Below are positions 48,585-61,325 of a stretch of DNA of 64,000 bases, piece after piece. How positions within the stretch are numbered: the first letter of the stretch is position 1; each line of letters begins with the position of its first letter. The stretch comes from Octopus bimaculoides. Its lineage: Eukaryota. The DNA is taken from NCBI RefSeq assembly GCF_001194135.2, contig NC_068987.1:24298581-24362580 (forward strand), read 5' to 3'. The position numbers and the translations under genes are program-made. Below the pieces are notes generated by a model. That model did not search any database, was not told the origin of the DNA, and saw only the letters and a list, made by a program, of their open reading frames with translations.

Positions 48585-48645
48585 CATCAGGTAACCTGAA
48601 ATTATAACACAACATAGGATATTAGGGATAATGAAATGTTAACAA
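48585..48645 (-). other. Predicted splice acceptor of the ZNF6 coding exon (exon from 48595 downward)
   Basis: Minus strand cctatgttgtgttataatttcag|gttacctgatggcattgag. Confidence 0.7.
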
Positions 48646-48913
48646 AGGTTATTGGAGAGAGGATATTTGAGTGCAGATATTGAAAGTTAGAAGAAGCATA
48701 ATATATTTACAGGGAAAAGACACTGTGGCAGTATAAATATATGGGAGGAAATGAATAATGAAGACATTGAAAAATGACCACTGGTCACTATGACATCAAT
48801 CTCTGCAATTAATTCAGATATTTTTATAAAGATAAGAATTATCTTTCTCATCATCAGCCATTGTATACACAGATCATATGAAGGCTAAGTATAGTAACAG
48901 CTAATATACTGCA

Positions 48914-50180
48914 ATGACAGCCATGATATTTAAAGAAAAACCATATGATGAAATAATACGTGGATTAGATTTCGTCTACACCTATATTGACAATATTCTC
49001 ATCGCTAGTTCTTCTGAGAAAGAACATGAGATTCATTTGAAGCAACTTTTTGAAAGGCTTTCTCAATATAAAATTCATATGAACGCTACCAAATGTATTT
49101 TCGATGTGCCTTCTCTCACTTTCCTTGGACACACCATTGATAAGAATGGAATAAGGCCTTTGCCAGAAAAGGTTGAGGCTATAATTCCAGTTCCCATTTC
49201 ATTAAGACAGCCCAGACAATTTATCAGATTAGCTAATTATTATCGACGTTTTATACCTCATTGTGCTGAAACTTTATACTCTCTCAACAAATTACTGCAA
49301 CACCGCAAGAAGAGAACAGAAAACATTACTTTAATTCTTGCAGAAATAAAAGCTTTCAACAATATTTAACAGAAACTCTCTCATGTCACCATGTTAGCTC
49401 ACCCCATTCCTAATGCCGAAATTCCTCTTGTAGTCAACGCGTCCGAAATTGGTGCCGGCGCAGTCATTCAACAACTCCACCATGGTGAATGGCAACCTCT
49501 AACATTTTGTCTCTAAGCAGTTAAAACCAGCTGAAACTAAATATAGCACATTCAGTCGTGAACTGTTAGCTATTTACCTCTCAGTTAAACACTTCCAACA
49601 CATTTTGGAAGGAAGAAACTTCACAATATTTACGTATCATAAGCTGTTATCTTTTGTTTTACACTGCAAGCCAGATAAATTTTCCCCGAGTGACATTCAA
49701 CATTTGGATTACATTTCCCAAGTCACGAGTGATATACAATATATTCCAGGTTCTGAGGAGATTGTTGCAGATTCTTTATCCCGTTTACCTGTAAACACGT
49801 TATTTTCAACTGCAGAAATTAACTTGGACGAAATGTTGGAAGATTAACCATCCGTTGATTTGAATAATATACAACAACCAGAATTAATTCCTTTCGACCT
49901 CCAATTTTTCCCAGTTGCGACATCAAACAAACAGATCCTTTGTGATTTTTCTTCTGGTAAACCTCGCCCTTTAGTTCCTGAAAAGCATTGCCGTATCGTT
50001 TTCTCAGCACTACACAATATCTCACATCCAGGTATAACAGCAACATTGAAGCTTATTACAGCTCATTTCGTTTGGCCAAACATTCGTTGAGACATAACTA
50101 ATTGAACTTGTACCTGTGTTGATTGTCAAAAATCCAAGGTACATAAACATATATTATCACTACATAAATTGGTGACCCCT
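48914..50180 (+). mobile_element. Gypsy pol fragment: RT, RNase H, integrase H2C2 domain (frameshifted)
   Basis: YIDNILIAS, FLGHTI, YYRRFIP, ETKYSTFSRELLAIY, LHNISHPG...FVWP, CVDCQKSKVH. Confidence 0.9.
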
Positions 50181-51188
50181 AGGCAGAATTAACATTACAA
50201 TAATGAAAACAACAAAGATGTATTCATCATAAGATGTCAAACTTTAGAAACAATATCACAGTTCAAATGTAATAAATGTTTGTTATTTTTTGGGCCAATA
50301 CACATGTCTACTCCTTTTGGTAGTCTGAGTTTGTGAAGTTGTGTGTAAAGGACATGTTTGTAATGCTGTGTGTGTGTGTTGTCTGTAGTGGGGTTGGAAA
50401 TAGTTTTTTCTATGCGAGCCCTTTTTAGTCTGTCAACAGAAATAGTGCCTTTACAACCATTAAGGTCTAAAGTGAAAACTCTATCTGCGTAAGAAAGCAC
50501 ACGCAAAGGTCCTGCATACGGTGCTGTTAAAGGATGTTTAATGGCATCGTTACAAACAAAAACATGAGTCCAGGATGAATAGTCTTTAGGCAAATATGTA
50601 TTAATGTCTTGTTTTCTGGTGTTCATATGTGGTAACTTTGACATATAATCACACAAGCGTTCAACGAAATTTGTAGTGTCGATATCTTGTGTGTTTGCAA
50701 GAACAATCATCTGACCGGGCAGTGTCAAGGAAGAACCATAAAGTAATTCTGCAGGAGAATATCCAATATCTTCATTGATAGAAGAGCGGAGACCCAAGAG
50801 AACAATAGGAAGAAATTCAATCCATAGAGATGAATCAGCAGAAGCACACAACACAGCTCTAAGCTGTCGGTGAAATCTTTCGATCATACCATTCGAAGCT
50901 GGGTGGTAACTAGTTGAATGGATGTGTTTACTTCCTAAAATCTTCGTTAGTTCCTGGAAGAGTTTAGCTTCAAATTGACGTCCGCGATCTGTTGTTATTT
51001 TAACAGGTGTTCCGAAACGAGAAATCCATCCTGTGACTAAAGCTTGTGCCACAGTTCGAGAAGAGATGTCTGTGAGTGGAATGACTTCTGGCCAGCGTGA
51101 AAAACGATCAATACAAGTTAATAAAAACGTGTAGCCCTGACTTCCAGGCCAAGGTCCTACTACATCAACATGTATGTGCTGGAATCGT
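50181..51188 (-). mobile_element. Gypsy integrase core and 3' region, inverted relative to the RT part
   Basis: [56 protein letters not shown]. Confidence 0.9.
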
Positions 51189-51286
51189 NNNNNNNNNNGT
51201 TTGTCGTCTGTTTTAGGGTTAGTGTTGGGGAAAAAAGTCAAAATTGAAGAAGTTGGGGGGAGGGGGGAAATTTGCACAATGCCGAT

Positions 51287-51378
51287 TTTTGGCAATCTTC
51301 CGGAACCTCCGTATCCGAAAACGGGGATTTTTGGCAATCTTCCGGAACCTCCGTATCCGAAAACGGGGATTTTTGGCA
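51287..51378 (+). repeat. 42-bp tandem repeat, about 2.2 units
   Basis: gatttttggcaatcttccggaacctccgtatccgaaaacggg twice, plus a partial unit. Confidence 0.92.
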
Positions 51379-52068
51379 AAACAAAAAAAAAATTACAAAA
51401 ATAAACAAATTTGGGAGAAAATGGGGGTGGGAGACGGGCAGAATTCTTTCCAAAATATATTTTATGTAATAAATATACAGTTCCTAAATTTATTCTTCTC
51501 TGTAAGAATTCCTATAAGATACATGCAGCTTTTCTAAACATATATTCACACTACAAAATCATTTATAAAATATTGGAAAGATAAAGTTTTCTGAAACTAT
51601 TTACTACAAATTTGAAACACTGCTAATAATACATCTGAATGTCTCAGTAACAGCAAGAAGCCGAAAACCCGAACACCCCAGTTACTGGATAGCTAGGAAA
51701 ATGGGGTTAACCATTTAACTGGAGCAACGACATAGAAATACTTGTTATTTACAAAACGAAATGTAAACATTGTTTGCGATGATGGGGAATAAAACTGAAC
51801 AACAAAAACGACCTGGATAAAATATAATACATGAGAGCTAACCCCTTGCGTGTTATTTTAAAATAAAATACATTTTCTGAAAACTAGATTAACTTACGGA
51901 TTTTAAAAGAATTAGAAAAACGTGAAAGAATGAAATAAAGTAATAATGAAGAGATAAAAAAAAAAAACAGGATCTTGAAGGGAGCAAGAATGGTGTAGAT
52001 GAAGTATGAATGTAAATATATAATAGAGATTTTGTATAAAAGAAACGTGTTAATTATATATAAATGAT

Positions 52069-52322
52069 ACTTACATAACTACTATGATGAGGACATTGAT
52101 AGACTGAGCAGAACTTCCAACTTTTCTTACAAAATATCTCTATTGTCTTCTTCTGGTTGATGAAAAATCTCATAAGTTTATTACAGGAGTTGATTAATTA
52201 TTACTAATAAAGTGTAAAGAAATAATGTAACTGTAATGTTTACGTATTTAATGAGGTGTGCGGTTGACATACCGGAAGTGACATTGGATTGTGTGGTAAG
52301 AACTTACCTCAAATCAATAGAG
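52069..52322 (-). promoter_or_regulatory. Predicted ZNF6 promoter and non-coding exon 1 (donor G at 52074)
   Basis: Minus strand ctctatTGATTTGAGGtaagttctt...cACTTCCGGtatgtcaac...catcaaccagaagaagacaatagagata...gttat|GTAAGTatcattt. Confidence 0.72.
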
Positions 52323-52417
52323 ATTTATTTATTTATTTTTCAGATTTTTCGTTTAGTTCTGCAAGTCGTAATTTGGCGTCCTCAAATTATTCAGTCACAC
52401 GGTAGAAGGAATAAAGA

Positions 52418-52600
52418 TCTGTGATGTCTGTTGTAAAACATTCTATAGAAGAAGTGTGATGTTAACATAAAAGCCATACCACTGGAATATCTGATAAAAT
52501 GTTTGCTAGAATTGCTGAGTACTACAGATCTATGGTAAAACATTTTCTAGAGATATTGAATTGTATTCACACAGGAGAAAAACAATAACATTCTCTCTAA
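52418..52600 (+). pseudogene. Decayed zinc-finger relic on the plus strand
   Basis: tgtgatgtctgttgtaaaacattc, aagccataccactg, ggtaaaacattttctaga, gtattcacacaggagaaaaa. Confidence 0.65.
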
Positions 52601-52614
52601 GTAGTACTTTATTT

Positions 52615-53173
52615 CGGTACTACTAAAGAAGAGTGGTCCCCAACGCGCGTCCGCGCTAGCTAGTCGTGAGTAGACGATCCTACAACAAGTGCGCGTATGC
52701 AAACTAGTGCATGCGCGCTCTTTTTACGGCTGAAATGGCTGAATATATATCAAAAATACCTTCTTTTTTTTGTAAACAAATATAATAATTAAACAAAGTA
52801 ATTAATTGACACACTACCTGTTTTTGTTAACTTCTAAACAACGTAAATAAATTAAAAAAACAAACAAATCGAATAAAAATAACACACTGCCTGTTTTTGT
52901 TAACTTCATACATTTTTTAAAATTAAATTTTTGTGAACAAAATAATAAATTTTTTTTTCTAAACAACATAAATAAATAAAAAAAAGCAAATCGACACAAA
53001 AAAAGGTATTTTTGATATATATTCAGCCATTTCAGCCGTAAAAGAGCGCGCATGCACTAATTTGCATACTCGCGCACGCGCACATGTATTCATTTACACA
53101 CGCGCACTTGTAGGATCGACCACTCCCGACTAGTTAGCGCGGACGCGACCACTCTTTTTTTTTAGTAGTACCG
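52615..53173. mobile_element. Palindromic MITE/foldback element with long imperfect inverted arms
   Basis: cggtactactaaa / tttagtagtaccg ends; tttttacggctgaaatggctgaatatatatcaaaaatacctt is mirrored at 53003-53044; no TSD found. Confidence 0.85.
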
Positions 53174-53474
53174 GAAAATTAATTTCGCATTACAGCTAGA
53201 TTATCAAGGATGCATTACTAAAACGAGAGATTCATTTAGTCCCAGATCAGAGTTTCTTAAATTTTCCCGTTCTTTCGTGTCTATTCCCCACTCCACGTCA
53301 AAGAAAAAAGTAGTTTTATATACGACAGTTTAGTAAATATTATTAGCAGCTTTAAAATCAACATTTTCTGTCCAAGCAGTACTTCGGTGTGAACATCGCT
53401 ATAATGTTTTTTTAACTATAGGTCCGCAGATTCAAAGAATACGAAGAGCAAAACACCACCTAAACTGTATAGCA

Positions 53475-53783
53475 CTCTCAGCTGTTTAGAGGCAAGTTCT
53501 TCTAATCAGTGACACTTCCGGTATGTTAACCTCCACACTTAAGTCTATAAACAATGTTGATATATTATTCTTTCTTTACACATATGTACAGTGTGAGTAA
53601 TAACTAATTAATTTCTGTAGTTAACTTAAGAGATTGTTCATTAACCAGAAGACAATAGAGATAGTCTATATGTAGTAGTTGAAAGTTCTGCTCAATCTAT
53701 CTATTTTCTCTTCTATTTCCAAATCATCACTACTTCACTACATCTCTCATTATTTCATCTTATAACTACATTGTTTTGTAAGT
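53475..53783 (+). promoter_or_regulatory. Predicted ZNF7 promoter and non-coding exon 1 (donor GTAAGT at 53778)
   Basis: ctctcagcTGTTTAGAGGcaagttctt, ACTTCCGG 53514-53521, cattaaccagaagacaatagagata, ctctcattatttcatc. Confidence 0.72.
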
Positions 53784-53944
53784 ATCATTCATAAAGATTT
53801 TACAGTTAATATATATTTGTCTCTTTTAAAAATCTTTGCTTTATATTTACAGTTTTTAATTTGTCTATCCTATTCTTGTTTCTTACAAAAATCTATTTCA
53901 TTCTTTAATTTCCATACATTGATTTAGTTTACACGAAATTTTTT

Positions 53945-53979
<35 letters not shown>

Positions 53980-54480
53980 TCTGTTTCAATCCCCTCCTTT
54001 ATTTTTTTTATCCCCGTTATTTATTCTTACTCTACGTCATTATTCAGTGTCCCCTTCAACAACATAGTTTTTCACACTGTCACAATTTTTGTCAGAGACC
54101 CAATCGCTACATTTCCGAGGGATCAGGTGATAACATGGTCAGTTAATTTATAGTGTATTGTTACACATCATTTTTGGATAATTGGAAATGTAAAGTCTTT
54201 TACCGGTGTTCCAATAAAACTGGAAACCGATCAAGTGCACTGAAACAAAACCTGTGGGTAAATATGGATGGAAAATCACTGTGCAGTGGGGGAATGCATA
54301 AACGTATCGTGGTTTATTTGAAATATCATAACGAAAACAATATTTTCTGGCGATCTTTGGCATTAAGTACATATAACTGCGGAATGGATAAATCGAGGAA
54401 AGTACAAGAATTAGTCTTGGGTATCTTGAGTAAATGAAACGAATGTGTAAATGCTTAGAAGTTATTACTATAGATTTCTC

Positions 54481-54700
54481 TAAGGCAGCGAGTTGGTAGA
54501 ATTGCAAGCACGTCGGACAAAATGCTGAATGGCATTTCGTCCGACTCTTTATGTTCGAAATTCTACCGAGATCAACTTCACCTTTTATTCTTTTTTGGTC
54601 GCTAAAGTAAGTTCCAGTTGAACACAGGAGTCGATGTAAGCGACAAACCCTCTGTAAAATTACTGGCCTTGTACCTTAATTTGAAACTATTACAGATTTT
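54481..54700 (+). mobile_element. SINE family B, diverged
   Basis: taaggcagcgagttggtagaatt...gttcgaaattctaccgagatcaacttcacctttt. Confidence 0.65.
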
Positions 54701-55428
54701 TTTTTGTTTTGTAATAATGCACGCACCACCAGCCTATATATGCATGCATCTATTTGATTGGACAGACACATCCTCATTCATAAATTTCCCTACTGTAAAA
54801 TTTCAAGTAATATTTTTGTTTACATTTTGAAATGATTTTACGACCTGCAACTTCTCTCCCTCTCTCTTTCTCTCTCTCATGCACGCACACACATATTTCT
54901 CATAAATATTTTCTTTTCTCTGATGATAACTTCAAAACTACAGTAGTATTTTTAGTAACTAACTTCTAAGCAAATACATATTCATTTTGTTTACTTGTGA
55001 TACCCAAGTCTATTTTTGTACTTTCCTTCAGATCCAGTTTGATTTAGATTTTTAAAACATTTTTATTTTGTTTTTACTTCAGGAAGGGCAAGGTACTTTC
55101 ATCTTAAAAGTTATCCATTATGAATAATGGACCTTCAGTGAGCTACATCTCACAACAAACCAGGACAAAATCAAATGCAAAAAAGGCTATAATTTTAAAG
55201 AAAAGTAATTGCATTTCATTTATTTGCTATAATTCTCTCCTACTAACTTTTGATCTTAAATATATTGTGGATCCAGTTGAAATAATGGGAACGTCATACT
55301 AGTTGCTTATCAGTAACTCAGCTGACACTGCAATGTTCAGTCTTTTATTGACTTTCATTGTTGAATATTTCTGTTACTTAATATTTTCATTTGCACTCAG
55401 GAAATAAAATTTTGACAGAATAAAAGTA

Positions 55429-58291
55429 CCATATTTTAACATGTATAAGGAACCCTTTTTTGTCAAAAATTAGGTTAAAAAAATATAGGAGTTTCTTCTA
55501 CATGGATAGTATTATAGATATTAATAAATTACTTAATTGCTCGAACCTCAAATCTCTATGACTTAAACATCGCAAGCCTCAGACCAACACCCAACAGGTT
55601 GTGACGTCCTATTGGATGAGTTGCTATCCATTCGTCAAGCAACGGCATGCGCCTAAAGCAGCCATCACAAACGGCAATTGTCTGCCAAACAGTACTTACT
55701 TATGCTCACCGAGACTGTTAAATCCGTATTTTTGTATTAACATGACAGTTCTGTATTGTATTTAAAATTGCGAGTGAACACGCAAGTGCGAACATTAACA
55801 CTTTCTAAAAAACCCAGGCTGCTTATGGAGGTCATACAACCTATCAGAGACAGTAAGCCTGCTCAATAGCCATATATGACAATGCAGCTCACACTGAAAC
55901 AGGCATGAATGTAGCATAACCAAATATGGAAATTCAACTGAGACACACTCTTAGGTATTGTCTACTGTTATTTGAATTGATCCTGCATTACTCTTTTTAT
56001 AGATTTTTGTTTTCTATTAGCATAAAAATGTCTGAGAATAAAAAGTACATTTCATATCCTGCAAATTTCAAATTGAAAGTGATTCAGTTTGTAGAGGAGC
56101 ATGGAGATAAAGCTGCAGCAAGACAGTTTGAGCCTCCTCTTATGACTACCATGATTGGACTGTGGATAAAAGCACAAAGATGAACTTTTACAGATGCCAA
56201 GGATGAAGAGAGCAGCATGAGGCAAAAAGGCAAGGTGGCCAAATCTGGAGAGAAAACTCAAACACTGGGTCGAAAGCTGAAGGCAAACTGATGCATTTGT
56301 TTTGACAAAGATTCTAATCAATCAAGGAAGAAAAATTGCTCAGGAGATAAAAAGAACAAAGAGGAAGGGCAAGAGACAACTGATTTTAAAGGCATGCCCA
56401 TCTGGTGCTTCTGTTTTATGAAGAGGAATGGTTTAAATCTAAGGACTAGAACCAAGCTTGTTCAGAAGATGCTTGATGCTTATGAAGAAAAGATTCCTAA
56501 GTTTCATTCTTATATCATTAATTTACACAAGAATACCAACTTTGAACTTTGCCACATAGCAAATATGGATGAATTTCCATTTACCTTTGATGTTCCTTCC
56601 AACAAAACTGTGAATCAAAAAAAGGCTAAAACAGTGGCCATCAAGACAAGTGGACATGAGAAGACTCATTACACAGTTGTCCTGGCATACTGTACTGATG
56701 GTACCCAGCTGCCACCAATACTCATTTTCAAAAGAAAGACACTTCCAAAGGAGAAACTGCCAGAAGGAGTTCTTGTGCATGTTCATGCAATGGGCTGGAT
56801 GGATCAAGATGTTATGAAGATTTGGAGTAAGAGACCTGGGAACCTTTTTAAGAAGCCATCTACGCTGGTGTTAGATCAGTTCAGGGCACTTATAACTGAT
56901 ACAACATAAAAATTGGCAAAAGAAAAAATCAAAAACCCAATTGGCAGTTATTCCTGGTGGCCTGACAAGCCAACTTCAACCTCTGGACATCAGTAACAAC
57001 AAACCATTCAAGTGAAGTTTGGCTACGCGAAGAATTCGTGGAACGGTATGAAGAAAGAAGTGATTGTAAATGCCTTTAAAACGTGCGACATAAGCAACAA
57101 CATGGATGGTACAGAGGATAATGCAATTTACAATGAGGGTGACTCTGATGATAATGAACTACCAGTAGTTGTATCTGATTATGATGTATTAGATGAGAGT
57201 GATGAGGAATTTAATGGTTTCTATGATTAATAAAAAATATTTTTGATAAAACTTGTTAACTTGTGAAGATATTTATTAATATTCTTCTTAAGGGTATTTT
57301 ACAGTAAATTTTGATAAGTGCACCTGCACACATTTCACTAAGAAAAAAAAAAACCTTGGATTTTTTGCATGGAATCAAGTACCCTGACCTCCTAATGTGT
57401 CGCAATCCCCTTATTTTTTGGTCGGAAAAAAGTGGGGTTGGGAACCCTCCTTCTCATCCCGGAATCATTGGAAATTAATTTTTTTCATTGAATGAATTAC
57501 AGTGACCTTCTAATATGCTACAAAACACTTTTTGTTCTGAAAACGGAGGGTGGGGTGGAACTCTCAGAAATTTCAACCCCAACCCCAACATTTTACAGAA
57601 ATATGTTTTCAAGAGTGTAGATTACATAAAATTGAAAGTTTAAACAACTTTGAAAAGAATTGAAAATGCTGAAGTTATAGAAATTAGTGGTAACGACAAG
57701 AATGTATCCCCTGGAGAACTTTTGTGTTAGTGTGAAACAAGTAAAAGTATGATATTAAAACAAAATATCTTTTTCATACCTCTTAAAATCACTAGATATA
57801 TTAATCCCAGATTGCAGAATATATTCAAATGGTATCGAGTGTTTTATATATAAAAATAAAAAAATTCACTTTCTCTTTGCAAGTTTTCCCACCTGAAACT
57901 CGAATCGAGATTGAGAGAATTAGTTTTCTCTTTGTACTAAGAATCGATTTAAAATAACTATATCTTAAATGTTGTGTGAGGAAAGAAGTATATTCTAATG
58001 GGAAAATATTGTATCTTTTAAAAGCATCCAGAATTTACTATGCATTTGTTTGTGTGTGTTTATCATTTAAGATATTTTTAATTTCATTTATGTGTCTCCT
58101 TTCTTTCAAAGAAGGCCTTCTTTCTTTCTTACCATATCCATAGTCTCTCATCTCTCTCTCCCCACACAAAGATGAAATGCATTACCCGATAAGTGCGGCT
58201 GCACTTATCAGAATTTACCTAATCTCTTACAAATGCTTTTTTAAGCCTGCAAAATTTGGGGGTTCCTTATACACGAGGGTTTTTTATACAG
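55429..58291 (+). mobile_element. pogo-superfamily DNA transposon, decayed, with imperfect TIRs and TA flanks
   Basis: TA-ccatattttaacatgtataaggaaccc at the left; gggttccttatacacgag...atacag-TA at the right; transposase relic inside. Probably contains a secondary insertion at about 57340-58170. Confidence 0.65.
56028..57230 (+). pseudogene. pogo transposase pseudogene (Brinker-like DBD, CENP-B-type HTH, DDE_1)
   Basis: YPANFKLKVIQFVEEHGDKAAARQF; IANMDEFPFTFDVP; GHEKTHYTVVLA; LPPILIFK; GWMD; LVLDQFRA; VIPGGLTSQLQPLDIS.NKPFK; acidic tail; several stops and frameshifts. Confidence 0.88.
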
Positions 58292-58785
58292 TAATTCATT
58301 TATTGACAGTAAAGTAAAATGGCACATAGTAGTGTGAAGTAGAATGAGGCAACCTTTTTTTAGCAGCAGGTTTTATGAGATGTTGCTGATTTTCATTTCA
58401 TTATCATCATCTTAATGTCCATTTCACCACACTTGCATAAGCTAGACAGAATTTGTTGAAGTAGATTTTCAATGGCTGGATGGCCTTCCTATCACCAAAC
58501 CTTATTTTCAAGTAAGTTAATAATTTCCTAGTCTTTTCAACAGTGCACAACCTGGATGAAGTTATGTAGTGAACTGGAAACAAACTATACCATTTGAATG
58601 GCTCTTTTGTTTACAAAGATCACATAACATGTCAAACAAGTCTACACATTCTTTTGTGATGGATTGCAAGCAAAGGACACTATTGACAGCAAGATTTTCA
58701 TTTACAGTCAACAAATCTACATGAACATGAGGGGAAATATGAACTCACACAAATGTACACAGAAGTATATCGTCCTATCTATTTA

Positions 58786-59040
58786 TCATCATCGTCCTCA
58801 TTTAATGTCCATTGTCCATGCTGGCATGGGTTGGATAGTTTGACCAGGGCTGGCAGGCTGGCGAACTGCACCTGACGCCAGTCTGATTTGGCATGGTTTC
58901 TTTGGATGAATGTCCTTCCTAATGCAAACCACTTTATAGAGTGTGCTGGGTGCGTTTATGTGTAGCCACACGGGCGTTATTTCACAGTCCTGCATGGGCA
59001 GGCTTTTACATGGCACTGCCATGAGTGCTTTACACCACCA
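58786..59040 (-). mobile_element. RTE-type 3' end, diverged
   Basis: catcatcgtcctcatttaatgtccattgtccatgctggcatgggttgg. Confidence 0.7.
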
Positions 59041-60079
59041 GAAGTATTGGTCTTAGCATTTCTACTGCAGAGTATGGGTCCTATTGAGTATGGCAAGATG
59101 CCAGGCATTTCAGTCCTTTGTCATCCCGCCTAAAAGATTCAATGTCCCGAGGTTGTTCCTCAGTACTCCATCCTATGTCTTCCACATATATATATATGAC
59201 AGGCTTCTTAAGTTTCTGTCTGATAATTTCACTTATAAAGCTATAGTATGAAATGTTAGCCAATAACATTTATGCAGTAGGACCAAACCATTGACTACAT
59301 GGTTCCGCATCATAGCTTTTAACCATACAGTCAAGCCTTTATAATACAAATTAACACTATACACCATACTAAGCAAGTTAAAATTTGAGAGAAAATGTGA
59401 GTGGATGTAAGAGAAATGAACTTGTGTAAAGAACAGCAGGTTGTACATGCCTGTCACATGAGAGTTGGCTACTAGTTACTTTCTGAAATCTTCTTTGAAC
59501 AGTCAGATGTCAGTTTATCTGAAAAGAAACAATGCAATTATTAATAAGAAGAGTTGAAATTGATGCATACACGATTTCACAGATCTAGTATAACGCCTTC
59601 ATAATCAGCTTATGAACTTTTTAGCCCACCCTCATATAGCTCTCAGTTTCATGTTTTTGTGATTATATTCATTAGGTAATGGAAATATGGCTTATTTACT
59701 ATCAAAGTGTATTAGATATTAATAGAGGCATGTTAAAGTAGTTGACAACAAAAAAAAGGGACATACAAATATCACATTCTATCTTCTCCTAGGTGTGGTG
59801 AAGATATGAAGCTCACTGAATATCTATATCCTGTAGATAAACTGTCTTGTGCAAGTAAGGTGGCCAGCAGTATAAATTGGCATCAGAAATTATCATGACC
59901 TTTATGACCTACTGCTGTGATGTACTTGCAGAGCAATTTATTTAAAATGGTAGCATTGGTGTCACTATTTGAAACTCATTAGTGTGATTTTGTCATGTGT
60001 AAGCACAATGTAGGCCATTTAATGAAAATTCACTGGGGGCTAGGGGATGTTGAATTTGATTCTAGGCAGTGCTTTCTGT

Positions 60080-60250
60080 CACCGTTGTCGTCATTTAACG
60101 TCTGCTTTCTATGCTGGCATGGGTTAGATGGTTTGACTGAGGACTGACAAGCCAGGTGGCTGCACTAGGCTCCCATCGGATTTGGCAAAGTTTCTACGGC
60201 TGGATGCCCTTCCTAACACCAACCACTCCGAGAATGTAGTGGGTGTTTTT
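60080..60250 (-). mobile_element. RTE-type 3' end
   Basis: catttaacgtctgctttctatgctggcatgggttag...ggatgcccttcctaacaccaaccactccgag. Confidence 0.78.
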
Positions 60251-61268
60251 TTATGAAAGGGTAACCAGAGTGGGTGGTGGGTATTTTGTTTGGATAACCA
60301 ATCTGGTCATAAAGAAAGAAAACCACACTGCACATAAATACATAAAAAGTATGTATGTTTACAGTTTTTGTCATTCAGTCTAAAGAGTGTGTACAAACAC
60401 TGGATAATACTTAAACCTTCTTTATAACTTACAAATAAAATTACATTTTGAGTATAAATAATAAAAATATGGAACTCTAGAATTCAAAGAAAAATGGCTT
60501 AACTACAAAAAATAATTTCATATATTCAGGAAGTTTACAGAATTCATCAAACAATTTATATAGATATAATTCAATGAGGTGGATGCTGGTTGTTATTTAA
60601 TGGAGGAAATATCCAGTCACTGTTGCTAATGTGCTTGTGTTTCTTTGTTTCTACCAGCAATTATATTTGAAAAAAGATGCATCAACTTAATGGCATTGGC
60701 TTTGTTTACTGCTTCATGCCACTCCATCAAATGTCATAAGCCATTGAAAGTTTTGTTAATGGGACTGGAAGAGGTTTTGATATTTAATTATCTTTATCAT
60801 CCACAGCATCTCTTCTTAGCTTGATTTTCTTATTAATGGTCCAAATGAAGTAATCCATTATGATGTGCATATATCTTTTTGTTTGCTTTGATCATGTGGA
60901 AGACAAAGATTTTAGGATGTTCTGGTAATTTTCTGTACAGCAAGCTATAATACCTAGAGTATCTCCATTTCAAGGTCTACATCAATAATCCTTATCACAT
61001 CTCTGGACTAAAAGTCTTTTCTTTGTAAACATCTTCTGACTCTTTCTTGCTATTCTAACTTTCTAAGAATATCTGAATGATATGCAAAGATTGATGTCTT
61101 AGTGATCTGCAGTCATTTTTTAATGCTATCATTCCTCAATCCATAACCATAGTCCTCGTTCATTTCCTCTATATTTCTACACCAAAGTACCTTCTCTCTG
61201 ATTCGTTCTTGCTATTCTAACTTTCAGTATCTGTGGTCAAATATATTCTCTCCAATAATCTTCATGTT

Positions 61269-61325
61269 AACACTTCATTGTCCCTTATGTCCTATGTTGT
61301 TTTTTTTATTTCAGGTTATTTGATG
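61269..61325 (+). other. Predicted splice acceptor of the ZNF7 coding exon (exon from 61315)
   Basis: acacttcattgtcccttatgtcctatgttgttttttttatttcag|gttatttgatgacattgag. Confidence 0.72.

Noticed and set aside
50237-51379. 380-aa ORF as a novel repeat-integrase fusion protein
   Set aside because: The PKIPVFGYGGSGRL repeats come from the 42-bp tandem repeat and are joined to the integrase only across an N gap.
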